The translations under genes were made by a program, and so were the position numbers. Of a stretch of DNA of 64,000 bases, positions 1 through 11,455 are shown one piece after another (positions within the stretch are counted from its first letter, which is position 1; every line of letters starts with the position of its first letter). The notes beneath the pieces were generated by a model. The model saw nothing but the letters and a program-made list of their open reading frames with translations. It made no database searches and was not told where the DNA came from. Source of the stretch: Epiperipatus broadwayi (Eukaryota; Animalia; Onychophora); assembly GCA_028023455.1 (NCBI GenBank), contig JAQFVV010000004.1, forward strand, positions 17,918,001 through 17,982,000, read 5' to 3'.

Positions 1-874
1 TCTCTTTTCTATTTGGTCATCCTAATGAGGATTTAATGTAGCTTGATAAAAATAAAAATCTAGACTGATTAATTTCAAAAAAATTTGACTAGATATAGGT
101 TTGACCTTTTTTATTTTTAACATCTTTGATTTTGTTTTTCACAATTTTGATAATCTCTTATTTTCAACACTTTTAAGATCTCATTTAATTTTAATTATAT
201 GAATTTTAAAAACATACTTATTATTTAATTAATTGAATTTCAAAATACTATAATTACTAAATTGCTTGAATTTATTCCTGAATTCAAGTCTCAAAATAGG
301 CATAATCTTTTTTATTAACTTATTTTTAATTTAATTATTTAATATCTATTTCTTAAGTTCTTTTGCAATACATTTCATTCTTTTAATTAATCTTTAATAA
401 GAAATACAATTTTAACATAATTTATATAATTTACTAGTTTCTCTTAAATTTAAACTTTCTTAACAAACTGATTATTTAATATTGGTTAAAATACGACATT
501 TAGTAATTTATTATAACATTTAAACATTAACTATTATAATTATTTTTAATCCTTTATTTTAAGATATTAATTTTATTTTATATAATTTTTTTAAAAATGT
601 TAGTACTGCTATATTTATTAACTATCCTCACAATTAAAAAGCAGTTTATTGTCATGTAAAAGCTTACATGGCTGACAGTGAAATGAATACATTACTCACT
701 TCAATATATATAACAAAAATGGAAAATTATAATAAAATACTCCTACCAGGTAACTGGGAAGATTTTAAATTATTACGACTTATATTTAACTATCATTGCT
801 TTATTTTTTATATATATTAATCTGAGGACAGAAATTTAACATTTATAATAATTGTGTATCTTCTTCATGTAGAA

Positions 875-1370
875 CAGGGGTGGGCAAATAGCGGCCTGAG
901 GGCCACATGCGGCCCGCTAAGAGTTTTTATGTGGCCCTCCAAGACAATCAGAAAAATCCACCTTGGACTGAGATTTCCTTCCTGTTGCATGACCGAATAT
1001 TCATCTCATATTTTCCACTAGAATGGCCACATCAATATACACGCGCAGTGTAGATACAATGTGCAGTGCTTTTCCAGTTGATCTGATTAATTTCAATTTT
1101 GTCTTTGCATTAGCAAATATATATATTTCCAACTTTTGTGAAACCATGAATGCTCCAAAAAAATGTAAAATTGGTAATGAATGTCATGTGTTTAATGAAG
1201 AATGGACAAACAAATATTTCTTTGGTAATACAGGGAGTAAAGCAGTGTGTTTATTGTGTCATGAAAAATAGATGCGGCCCTCCGTTAACCTTCGCTTCCA
1301 CAAAGTGGCCCCCGATGCGGCCCTCCACCAACCTATGCGGCCCCTGAGCCAAAACAATTGCCCACCCCTG
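875..1370 (+). mobile_element. Non-autonomous hAT element (SPIN/GTF2IRD2-like) retaining the transposase N-terminus
   Basis: 13-bp TIRs CAGGGGTGGGCAA / TTGCCCACCCCTG; perfect 8-bp TSD ATGTAGAA (867-874, 1371-1378); internal MNAPKKCKIGNECHVFNEEWTNKYFFGNTGSKAVCLLCHEK resembles the hAT transposase N-terminal zinc-finger region. Confidence 0.93.
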
Positions 1371-1429
1371 ATGTAGAAGATTAACAATTTGGAAATTTAT
1401 TATAAATTAAATAAAAACATATACTACTT

Positions 1430-1800
1430 CAGATACTATGCGACCCTGAGAACAAGATTTTATAGTTATACAATAATGGCACAATTTCCTTAATAATTTT
1501 ATATTTAACATGAAAATCAATTATAATAAATAAAGTATATTCTGATGTTAATTCATTCATGTAATTATAGAGATGTCCTCTTAAGCCATTAGAATTTAAC
1601 CTGGCAACAATATATGAAATAAAGAATATTCTTTTCTTCAATAACATTTTTTTTCTTCTAAGAAAACACTAATAACAGTCTCATTATCAGAAGTAGAATT
1701 TCTAGCTGTTTTTGATGTTTTTAAGTCTATATCAGCTTTGGAATTTATATAGTCACTTCTAGCTATTAGCCATTTCAGAATCTGAATAAATTCTTTAACC
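1430..1800 (-). pseudogene. Highly decayed non-LTR (LINE) RT fragment
   Basis: Minus-strand pieces VISVFLEEK, RLNSNGLRGHL and SQGRIVS in different frames resemble the RT motifs VFxDLEKAYD, GxRG and PQGSxLS. It probably continues left of the hAT insertion. Confidence 0.35.
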
Positions 1801-1863
1801 ATAAAGCTTTTTGATGCAATAGTAAAAATGTTTTACAATTCTCATTTTAACTATTTTATTACT

Positions 1864-2000
1864 TAATAATCAGAAAATAATAATGAATTCTTTATAACAG
1901 CTATATAAATCTAACACTTGAAAAGGGCACCAAACCAGGTGTTGAAAAAGGCTTTTTATACAGCTGTTATAAAGAATTCATTATTATTTTCTGATTATTA
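1864..2000. repeat. Perfect 39-bp inverted repeat with 59-bp spacer
   Basis: 1864-1902 TAATAATCAGAAAATAATAATGAATTCTTTATAACAGCT is the exact reverse complement of 1962-2000. Confidence 0.92.
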
Positions 2001-4366
2001 TTTCATGGAAGACAGCATAAAGATTTTTATTTTTTATTCTTTTCCAATTTTTATTGCTTAAAAAAGATATAATAAATTTTATTAAATTTCATAACATTTT
2101 TAGCTTTATGTTTAGAAAATATTTTATTGCATAGTACATCACATCAAAGCAATAAATTGTATATATATATGCTTTCAATTTAATCTGAAAAAAATATTAT
2201 TAATAAATGTCATCGCATATAGTGTTCTACAGAAAAACGGCTACCAATCATAAAATTTATATTTGGATAACATTTAAGTGAAGTTTGTTGATATAGCATA
2301 TACCACAGCTTCACTGTATTTTTCTAATAAAAATTCATTTTTTCTAATTTGATTTGATGTATTTTAAATTATCATTAAGTTAAAAAAAAAAAATTATTGG
2401 CCAAATATTAATGTGTCTAGGCAACAAAGATGTGTAACCAAGCAATATTATGGTAATGATATACAATGGAGAAATTGTCTCAACATTTGCTTCTTCACTT
2501 ATACACTATCCGAAAATAATAATTGTAAACAAAAAAATAAAATATCAAAATTCAATTAAAATGTTAATTTTATTATTTCCAGCAATGGCAGGCCATTTTC
2601 TTGATTTGTAATGCCACCTGTAAGTCTCATGAAAGTCTTGCAATCATTCAATTATATTAGTCCCATTTAAATATGGATTTAAAAATATCAAAATTATTAA
2701 AGGATTATATCTGCTGATAGTGAAGTCATTACTGTTTTCAGAAGAATCTTAAAAAACTAGCAAAGCAAATAACACTTTAAGCTATCATTAGCATCAGAAA
2801 ATCAATGGTCCCATACGACATCATCACCTCATTTTCATAATAAAAATTAAAGATACAGTAAGTTGTTGTTTTTTGATGGAGTGTGACCAAATGGAAGCAT
2901 ACATAAACACATATCTGTACTTTATGTACTGAACACTCAGGTGGTCATATAAATGCCATTTTTTCCCTAATGTTAAAACCAGTTTAATTTATACAGAGTA
3001 CCACTACAACATTAACTGATGCTGAATAATTATATAAAGCAAATAATCAAGCATCCACCTATATCTGCATCACTACATTCCCCAAAGCTAAAACTTCAGA
3101 AAAACAAATAAAAGTCTCAGTAATTAATGAAACTTCAAAAATTAATCACAACACAAAAAAAAAATAATAATGCCTTTTAATAATAACAAATACATTTACA
3201 AATATAAATAAAAATCCTTAAATAATTAGAATAAATGAAAATTCATAAACATTGGCAAATGGTATTAAATGTTGACTTTTGAAATGCATAAAAGATATTG
3301 CAATTATTCTTTTGGCTGTACATTATAAAAATTAATGAAAATAATAAACTTTTTATTTCTGTCATTAATGCTTTATAAATTAAATTTTAGTTTTAATTTT
3401 GAAATAATATAAAATGCTAATATTATCCCAAAAAAGAATGAAAACAAATATTTTAATACATAAAATAAATAAACATAAAAAATTTTAAAATAGTCAATTA
3501 ATTAAAGTACTTTAAAAATGTTGATTCAAGAATCTAAAAGTCTAGGTTTGATTCCCATGCTAGTACGGTCACTGGTCAGGCCAGCAACACCTGAAGAAGA
3601 GAGAAGAAGAATACCACTTGAAACATTGAGTATATACTAACCTGTGTGCTATTACTAACAGTTAAATGTAATCGAAAATTTAAATAAAGTTAATTTTTTC
3701 TTAAAATATTCAATATTTAATACTAGATGTTGGAAATAGTCCAATATACAAATACTTTGAAAATGTTTTCTTGATATTTTAAATATTATATTTTTCAAAT
3801 TGACACTTTTATTTGAAATTACATATGTAGTGCCATCAGAATTCCTATTCTTTTCTTCAAATAACTATTGAAAATCTAGAAAATTTTGTTCCAATTAATT
3901 CCACAGATTAAGTTTTAAATTATTTAGGTAAATAAGTGGTCTCACTTTAATCAATTAACAAATGAGGTATTTTATTAAGTCAATTGTATTTTCATATTAA
4001 GCAAGAACAATATTCCAAGATAACTTTTAAATGGTTTTGCAAAATGTAGTGTCAATATTTTGATTAAGTTTTTATTAATTAATATATATGAAGACATTAT
4101 TTTTAATTAATCCAAGCAAATGCATGGTCTTGTAGAATTTTTACAAATGTTTTAAAATTTGGGGAAATAGTGATCAAAACTATTGTGCTTATTGCAAGTC
4201 ATGGAAAACTAGAAGTCAGAGATAAGTTTTACACAACTGATCCAGTAATTAAATATCTTGGTCACCACTCATTTGATATTTCTCACATCCATTTATGCTG
4301 ACAGTATGTGGATGATTCAGAAATATGACCAAATTTACTACTTCCTTTATTTTGCTGTAATATCTT

Positions 4367-4730
4367 ATATAAATGTAATTTATCCACCCAACTTTGAATA
4401 CTTTTGAGCAAAATCTTTTATTGTACATATATACACACACAATCTTACATTTTGACTGTCCTGCAGTCTTCTTCAGAGCCACTAATTTTAATTCACTCTT
4501 CTTTGAACACTTTTTAGCAAAACCTTTTATTATAGGTATATGCATACACAATCATGTTTTGACTGTCCTGCAATCTTTGTCAGAGCCACTTTAACTCTAA
4601 TTTTTGAAGTTAAAATGGCTCTGAAGAAGACTGCTGGACAGTTGAAACTTAATATTATGTATGCATATATGTACAATAAAAGATTTTTCTAAAAAGTGTT
4701 CAAAGTAGAATGGATAAATTACATTTATAT
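4367..4730. repeat. ~100-125-bp unit present as two direct copies plus one inverted copy
   Basis: Units ~4367-4490 and ~4500-4596 share TTTGACTGTCCTGCA...CAGAGCCACT; 4608-4730 is a diverged reverse complement. Confidence 0.8.
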
Positions 4731-7700
4731 ATGGATGATTCATTGAGAAATTTTACTTCAATTTTTTATAATTTTTAATACTTCAAAACTTTTGCTCTCT
4801 TCCCAAAGACCTTTATTTATTTGGTCTGTTAATGTTTCTGCAAGCACTTAACTTTTAATGATTATTTATTAAACAAAATATACAAGCACTATGACAAAAA
4901 CATTTATATGGTTTCAATTTGGGCAGATAGTTTGATAGATATCAGAGAGATAAACAATAATCACAAAAGGGAAGATCAATTAGATCCTAAAGATCCAAGT
5001 GCATTGTTCCAAGACCCAAAGCTCCTTACTGATGAAATCCATATGCTTAAAATTAGTCTGGACATATGGGATAGAACAATACAAGATAAGAATTTATTAA
5101 GCACTATCACCAGACATCTATTAGTTACTAAAGTGGCATAGAGATGGTAAAAGAAAAATGTATGCTGCTTAAATAAAATATTCTGTCTGCTATAATAAAC
5201 TTTAAACAGCAGAATAAACAAAACTAACACAAATATAAAAATTATAATTTTATTTTCTCCATTTATAAATATTTTTAAATTAACATATAACTTGATTTCT
5301 TTTTTTCTTTTTTGTACATCATTTTTGATTAATCTTTTGACAAAATTTGTTATTATGGGTTCATCATTATCACACTATAATGTCTCAATATATTTGTAAA
5401 TAAATGCTCTCTCAATTTATTACATGTAATTATTCTATTTTTTTTTAAATTATTTTTGTTATAATCTTAAATTGCATATGTATTGCAACTTTAATATTAT
5501 GTGTAGATATATATTTACATATTAGAAAGCATCTGTGATGAATTTATATATATGTTGAAAAGTATGAGCTACCTATTGTCTGCAAATATCCATTATGTGT
5601 TAAAAAATTGGGAACAAAATATAGTTGTTTTTTTTCCTCATGTGTCATAGCATCAGCTGGGACAACTGCTTGAAAAGCAGCTGTCACTGACTTCTCGACC
5701 ACCAATGCTTGACTAACAAAATATAGTTAATATGGAAATCCTAATATTAGAATCTTATTTAAAAGTAAAATGATAACACAGAAACAATTTATTAATAAAT
5801 TTAATTCTTTTCTTCTTTTTTTTTTCCAATTTAAAATTAGATTATCTTTTTTTCAAATAATAATAATAATTCAGTCACAACACTGAAAACTTTTCAAATG
5901 AAAGCAGGACCCTTAATAGAAATTCAAAAAAAAAAAAAAAGTTTGCAACTGCTTTAACTTACAAATGACTTTTTTTTTTCTGACATGCAATTAATTTATT
6001 CTTCTGTTCTTTCAAAGTTAAATATATATGTAAACATAAAAAAGTTTTTGATTAATAAATAATAAGTTAGTTTTGTCAGAAAAATAGAGCAGTATTTTTA
6101 AATATTTAAAGTACAATTAACATGTCTTTTTTTTTTAAAAAAAAAAGAAATACAAATCGATACAATACTAACAAATATAAAGTCATATTTCAGATCTTTT
6201 TTATTTTTTTTAAAGTAAAAAATATAATCAACCTGGTTCAAAGGAGGACTGCAATACTCATATAAATTAGTTAACAATATATGCACTATATTTGACTAAA
6301 AAAACGTTTTCAAGTCATTCTACTAGTGTTGTCCTAATTATTTATACTAGATATCTTCTTTCTTAATAGAAATTCTATACAACTTTTTTTTTTCAATTAT
6401 ATTAACAAATGTAAAGATAATAATTATATTTTTATATTGGACTTTCCATCATTTAATATGTGTATTGAATGTCTTCGGAAAAATGTAACTAGAACACCAT
6501 CATCACAAACCTTCAGGAAAACATTAAGATAATAATTTTATAAATTAATGACTTAAATATATTAATTCACATCGCCACAGCATGGAAATAAATACCCTTG
6601 AAAATTATGTATGTGCATATATATTTAAACATTACAAAGAAGTAGAAGAAATATACATGTACAAACTTTTTATATACAAATATGAAAATAAAGTCAAGAA
6701 TAATTTAAATATTAATTAAGTATTTAATAATATCCTTGATATTTTGAAATAATATAATTTCATATTAAATAAAGTCTCTCAGATGCTGATGTATTATTTA
6801 TTTTGGATTTTGAATAAAAATTCTAAAATGCTGCATTTTTACTTAAATATTTCATATTTTAGTCAATTGTATACACATATATTATGTACATATACTAAAC
6901 ATGATATATACATAAGGGGTATAAATCCAGATAAGTGCAGAGAATAGAAAGTCAAACAAAAAATATTGTAAATTACCCCTTAATATTGTTATTTCAATAG
7001 TTAATAATCCTTTGGTTTGCCTTTCTCCAAAATAATACATATATAAATGTGATGTATCTAATCCATTCTCTCTCTAACACTTGCTATAGGTTATAATATA
7101 TGCACATATATAAAATATTGGATTCAAAATTAATTTATCTGATTCTATAACTTTTTTGGGAGTCTAAATGTACAAAGAAAGGACTTTTATTAAGTTCACT
7201 AAATGTTATAAATTTTAAGACTATAAAAAAGTTTTTATTTTAGTCTTCTTAAATAGTGAAATTTGAATGTTTTGAGGCAATCAGATTTTATCAAGATGAT
7301 AATTTAACCTTATGTAGAGTCTCTTGTTCTTGAACTTCTAACACAATGATTCAATATTTCTTGAAACATCAGGCTTAACTGATCTGTAGAGAAGTAAACA
7401 ATGGTTCCATGGGGCTCTCTTCAGTAATAGTAGCCTTGTTCTGATTTGTGAGTAGACAATCTTTTAGTTTTAAACTTCTCAGAAGAAATTTGATTATAAA
7501 TTTGCTGTCAAAGCCTGAAGATTATTTTGCTTAGATAGATGGAATCTCACTGAACATTATTGGCAGAACTTTGGAAAGAATCAAACCATTACAACCCCTT
7601 CCTACTTTATTAGTTTTTCAGCCTGACATTCTTCAAGTTCTACTGTTTAGAATAGTTGGTTTCTTTATAACTGAATGAGACACCTGAGATTTATAGTGGT

Positions 7701-9374
7701 TGGATTAAAAGTAAGTAAAATCTTTATTTCTTTAATATATTAACATATTTTCCTATTACAATGCTTCTAGAACAACTGCTATATGATATAGTAGTTGATT
7801 GCTTTTATAGAAATTTTGTAGAGTTATACACACACCTTCAAAAATGACATTTAGAACTCCTGGGATTAATAAAAAAAAAGTAATCTTTCAAACAATTTTA
7901 TACAAAAATCTATGAATATTTAAAGAAAGAAATTTCCAAAGATATGTACATTTATTTAATACTTTTAACTAAATGCATACATAAGTAACTAACGTAATTG
8001 AATTATTTTGATTAAAATTTCATTTATGATTGCATTTCCTTTTGATATTTATTGATAATTTGTTTTAATAATTTAGTATAAACAGTCTGAACATATTTAT
8101 TGAGTATCTGAATAAACATCTAAAAATAAACTTGCACAAACTGAAATAAAATTAAATACATTTTTTTAAAATTTACATATAAAGTCTGATATAGGGATAT
8201 CACTACAATATATATCATTAGATATTTCCACTATAAATTAAAATGTATATATGTCTTATGTGTATATCATATTTAATGTGTATATAAGGTGACTAAAAAT
8301 ATGAAAATCTTTCATACCCTAACTTATGATGGAACGAAATGTTAACATTAAATTTTGTTTAAATACTTAGAATGTGAAATACATCAGTACATATTGAACA
8401 AGACATAAATATCAAGTCAAAAAAATAAAATAAAAATGTAACACTATATCATACTTTAAATTTACTGGATACTTAATGTTCACAGCAGACTAACCATAAA
8501 TATGATGTGAAAGCATTGAAAGTATACTTGGTACAATAAATGTTACTAAATTTTATATTTAAACTGTTTTAGTATTAGTATTTTTTTATATTATACTAGA
8601 TATATCTTATTACGTAATTCTGCAATAAGTTAAAATGTATACCCTTTATGTATATATCACATTTACTATGTATACATATATATATATTGTACCAGTTATG
8701 TTACATAGACACAATGACATAGCAGTATGTGTGCTCAACTATATATAAAAAATGGAAAAGTAGAAATAAACACAGACAAAAATTTTATAGATATTTTCTA
8801 CATTTCTCTGGAAAAATCATAGTAAAAGATTAAATAATTTTGAATTTAAAATAAAATTTTATTATAAATTAATCAGTTAAAAAGGTCTAATTAATATTGT
8901 ATTCTGATTTTGAAATTAAAAACAAGCATGTTTTATGTTAAAATAGAACTGATAATTGTAAACATTTCTATTATCTATTTTGAAAAATCTTTGTAGATCA
9001 TACTTGTGATAAAATTCCAAAAGTAATTTTTAATTAAAAGGAGTTGAAAGCATTAACTTTTTCCAATCAAGAGATAAGAAAAAGTTTTTAATTAATGTAT
9101 TTTGGTCACCCCACCCTAATATAAAAGGAGTTGATAAAAAGACAAGAGTTTTTTGTCAGTTTCAAGAGTTACTTGGCCAAAATAGTTTTCCCAGCTGCAG
9201 TAGTGTTTTTCCAGAGTTAGAGATTGACCATGAAACAACTGAAGGCAGGACAGTGAATACTGTGGTGGCTACTAGTTCATGATGGTGGAGTTCAAATTCA
9301 CTTGAAGGGAAATGGGTCATCTTCCAGTATCATATCACAAATGTGTTCTAGAAGATAGTTTGCTTGCTGCACCT

Positions 9375-9738
9375 TTTTTCATGACACAATAAACACACTG
9401 CTTTATTCCCTGTATTACTAAAGAAATATTTGTTTGTCCATTCTTCTTTAAACACACGACATTCATCAATGATTTTCATTAAGGTTGGAAATGTATGTTT
9501 GCTAATGCAAAGACAAAATTGAAATTAACCAGATCAACTGGAAAAGCACTGCACATCGTATCTACACTACGCATGTGTATTGACATGGCCATCCTAGTGG
9601 AAAATATGAGATAAATCTTCGGTCATGCACAGGAAGGAAATCTCTGTTCAAGGTGGATTTTTCTGATTGTCTTGGCAGGCTGCATAAAAACTCTTAGCGA
9701 GCCACATGTAGCCCTCAGCTGCTATTTGCCCACCCCTG
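9375..9738 (-). mobile_element. Second, one-ended copy of the 875-1370 hAT family
   Basis: Reverse complement starts CAGGGGTGGGCAAATAGC at 9738 and aligns with 875-1270, including ECRVFKEEWTNKYFFSNTGNKAVCLLCHEK. No right TIR or TSD found. Confidence 0.85.
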
Positions 9739-9998
9739 GTTTAAAGCTTTTGATAAAATAACACTATACATCAAGAAATAAAAGCTTTCATTCTCTGAAT
9801 TTAATATTAGAGCACATGCACTAATAAAACCAGGTTTTACTGCTACTAATCTTGCATTAATATTTTGAGGAATTCTAAGACCAAAAAAATTATCAAATTA
9901 GACTTTACACACTTGATCTAGTCTTCCAAAAAGTTTGTAGCCATCTGCCTATTCTATAAATGTTCTTCCCTGGAAGCCAAGCTTCACTTATATGACTA

Positions 9999-11455
9999 CC
10001 GTATTTCCAGGAAAATAAGATGTAACCTGAAAATAAGCCCTAGCATGCTTTTTCATGATACTCATAATATAAGCCCTATCCTAAAAGTAAGCCCTAGTTA
10101 AGATTATCAGCCAGATAGACTGATTTTATTCATCCATTGAAACACACAATGGACATACTGAATTATGAAGTAATGAATGTTTAAATAAATAATATTATTG
10201 ACATTAATGCTTTAAAGAAATGGTAATATAAAATTATTATGGCATTTACATACTATTCCATCGACTATTTTCAACAAATGTAGTTCTATCTATAAGGAGA
10301 AACAATTTTCTCTCAGCTGAATCTTGAACTTAAGATAACAAATTTATCAACTTTTATGGATGACTTAATAAACTTTTACTATCTCAAGCCAATATATCAG
10401 ACAATTTATAAATTTCATTTATGTAATTTTAAGTACTTATTTTATTTAGATTTAATATTTAGATTTAGGATGCTTGATTAGTTTTAGAGTTTGATCTTGG
10501 TAGCTTTTAAATATTCAAGATAAAAGAAAAAACAGTTTTGTTTCTTAAATATGTTTTCCTCCTAAAAGAATTTAAATACTTGTCAAGTATTGGTGGCCTA
10601 GATAGAACTACATTTGTTGAAAATAGTCGATGGAATAGTATGTAAATGCCATAATAATTTTATATTACCATTTCTTTAAAGCATTAATGTCAATAATATT
10701 ATTTATTTAAACATTCATTACTTCATAATTCAGTATGTCCATTGTGTGTTTCAATGGATGAATAAAATCAGTCTATCTGGCTGATAATCTTAACTAGGGC
10801 TTACTTCACGGTCAACGCATTTGACATATGAAAAAAAAAAGAATTTAAATACTCAAGATAAAAAAAAATCAGTTTGGTTTCTGAAATGTTTTTTTTCCCT
10901 CTCATAAAAGACTTTAAATAATGGAAGTGATTTTAATAATCAAAGTTTAGTTTAAATTAAATCCATCTTTCTCCTTAAAAAAAGTTTTAAAAAAGTATAA
11001 CCGTGGGGCTTTTACAAATAATTTAGAAGTGTTTACAATGTGCACACCTTATAATGGACAGATGTAAATGGGCTTTATATGAATCTTTGTAATTCAATAC
11101 ACTATGTGTTTAAACAAATGTACTCAATGAGCTTGTGTGAAATACAAAAACATTTTCTGAATTCTTGTGTCTGCATTTTTTGATTATTTTTGTGTAAACA
11201 ATCATTCTTAACTATAATCATAAGTCTTCAATTAACATTTGATTTAATGGTAGATTTAACCAGAATAATATTTTGACCCCCAGACAAGATGAGGGCAAAA
11301 ATCTTATGGCTTTAAGAAAGTACTTGAATAAATATTGATATTTATATTTGGAATAAATGTATATTTTTAGCATTTGAATAAATATAATTTTTGTCTATGA
11401 AAAAATAAAATATCCCCTAAAAATAAGACCCAGTTTCATTTTTGGGAAAACACAG
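9999..11455 (+). mobile_element. pogo/Tigger-like non-autonomous element ends
   Basis: TA|CCGTATTTCCAGGAAAATAAGA at left and TTTTGGGAAAACACAG|TA at right; repeated AAAATAAG(C/A)CC subterminal motifs; TA flanks. The interior is not recognisably transposase. Confidence 0.65.
10085..10806. repeat. Perfect 208-bp inverted repeat with 306-bp spacer
   Basis: 10085-10292 equals the reverse complement of 10599-10806, with no mismatch seen on base-by-base reading. Confidence 0.92.

Noticed and set aside
2584-2620. 37-nt AG..GT segment reading QWQAIFLICNAT as an MFS-transporter exon
   Set aside because: Too short, and no compatible neighbouring exons were found.
4908-5141. 77-aa ORF MVSIWADSL... as a host gene
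   Set aside because: No recognisable domain, no convincing splice context, and ORFs of this size are expected by chance or from TE decay.
7300-7700. GC-richer patch as a retroelement pol fragment
   Set aside because: No diagnostic motif recoverable in any frame.
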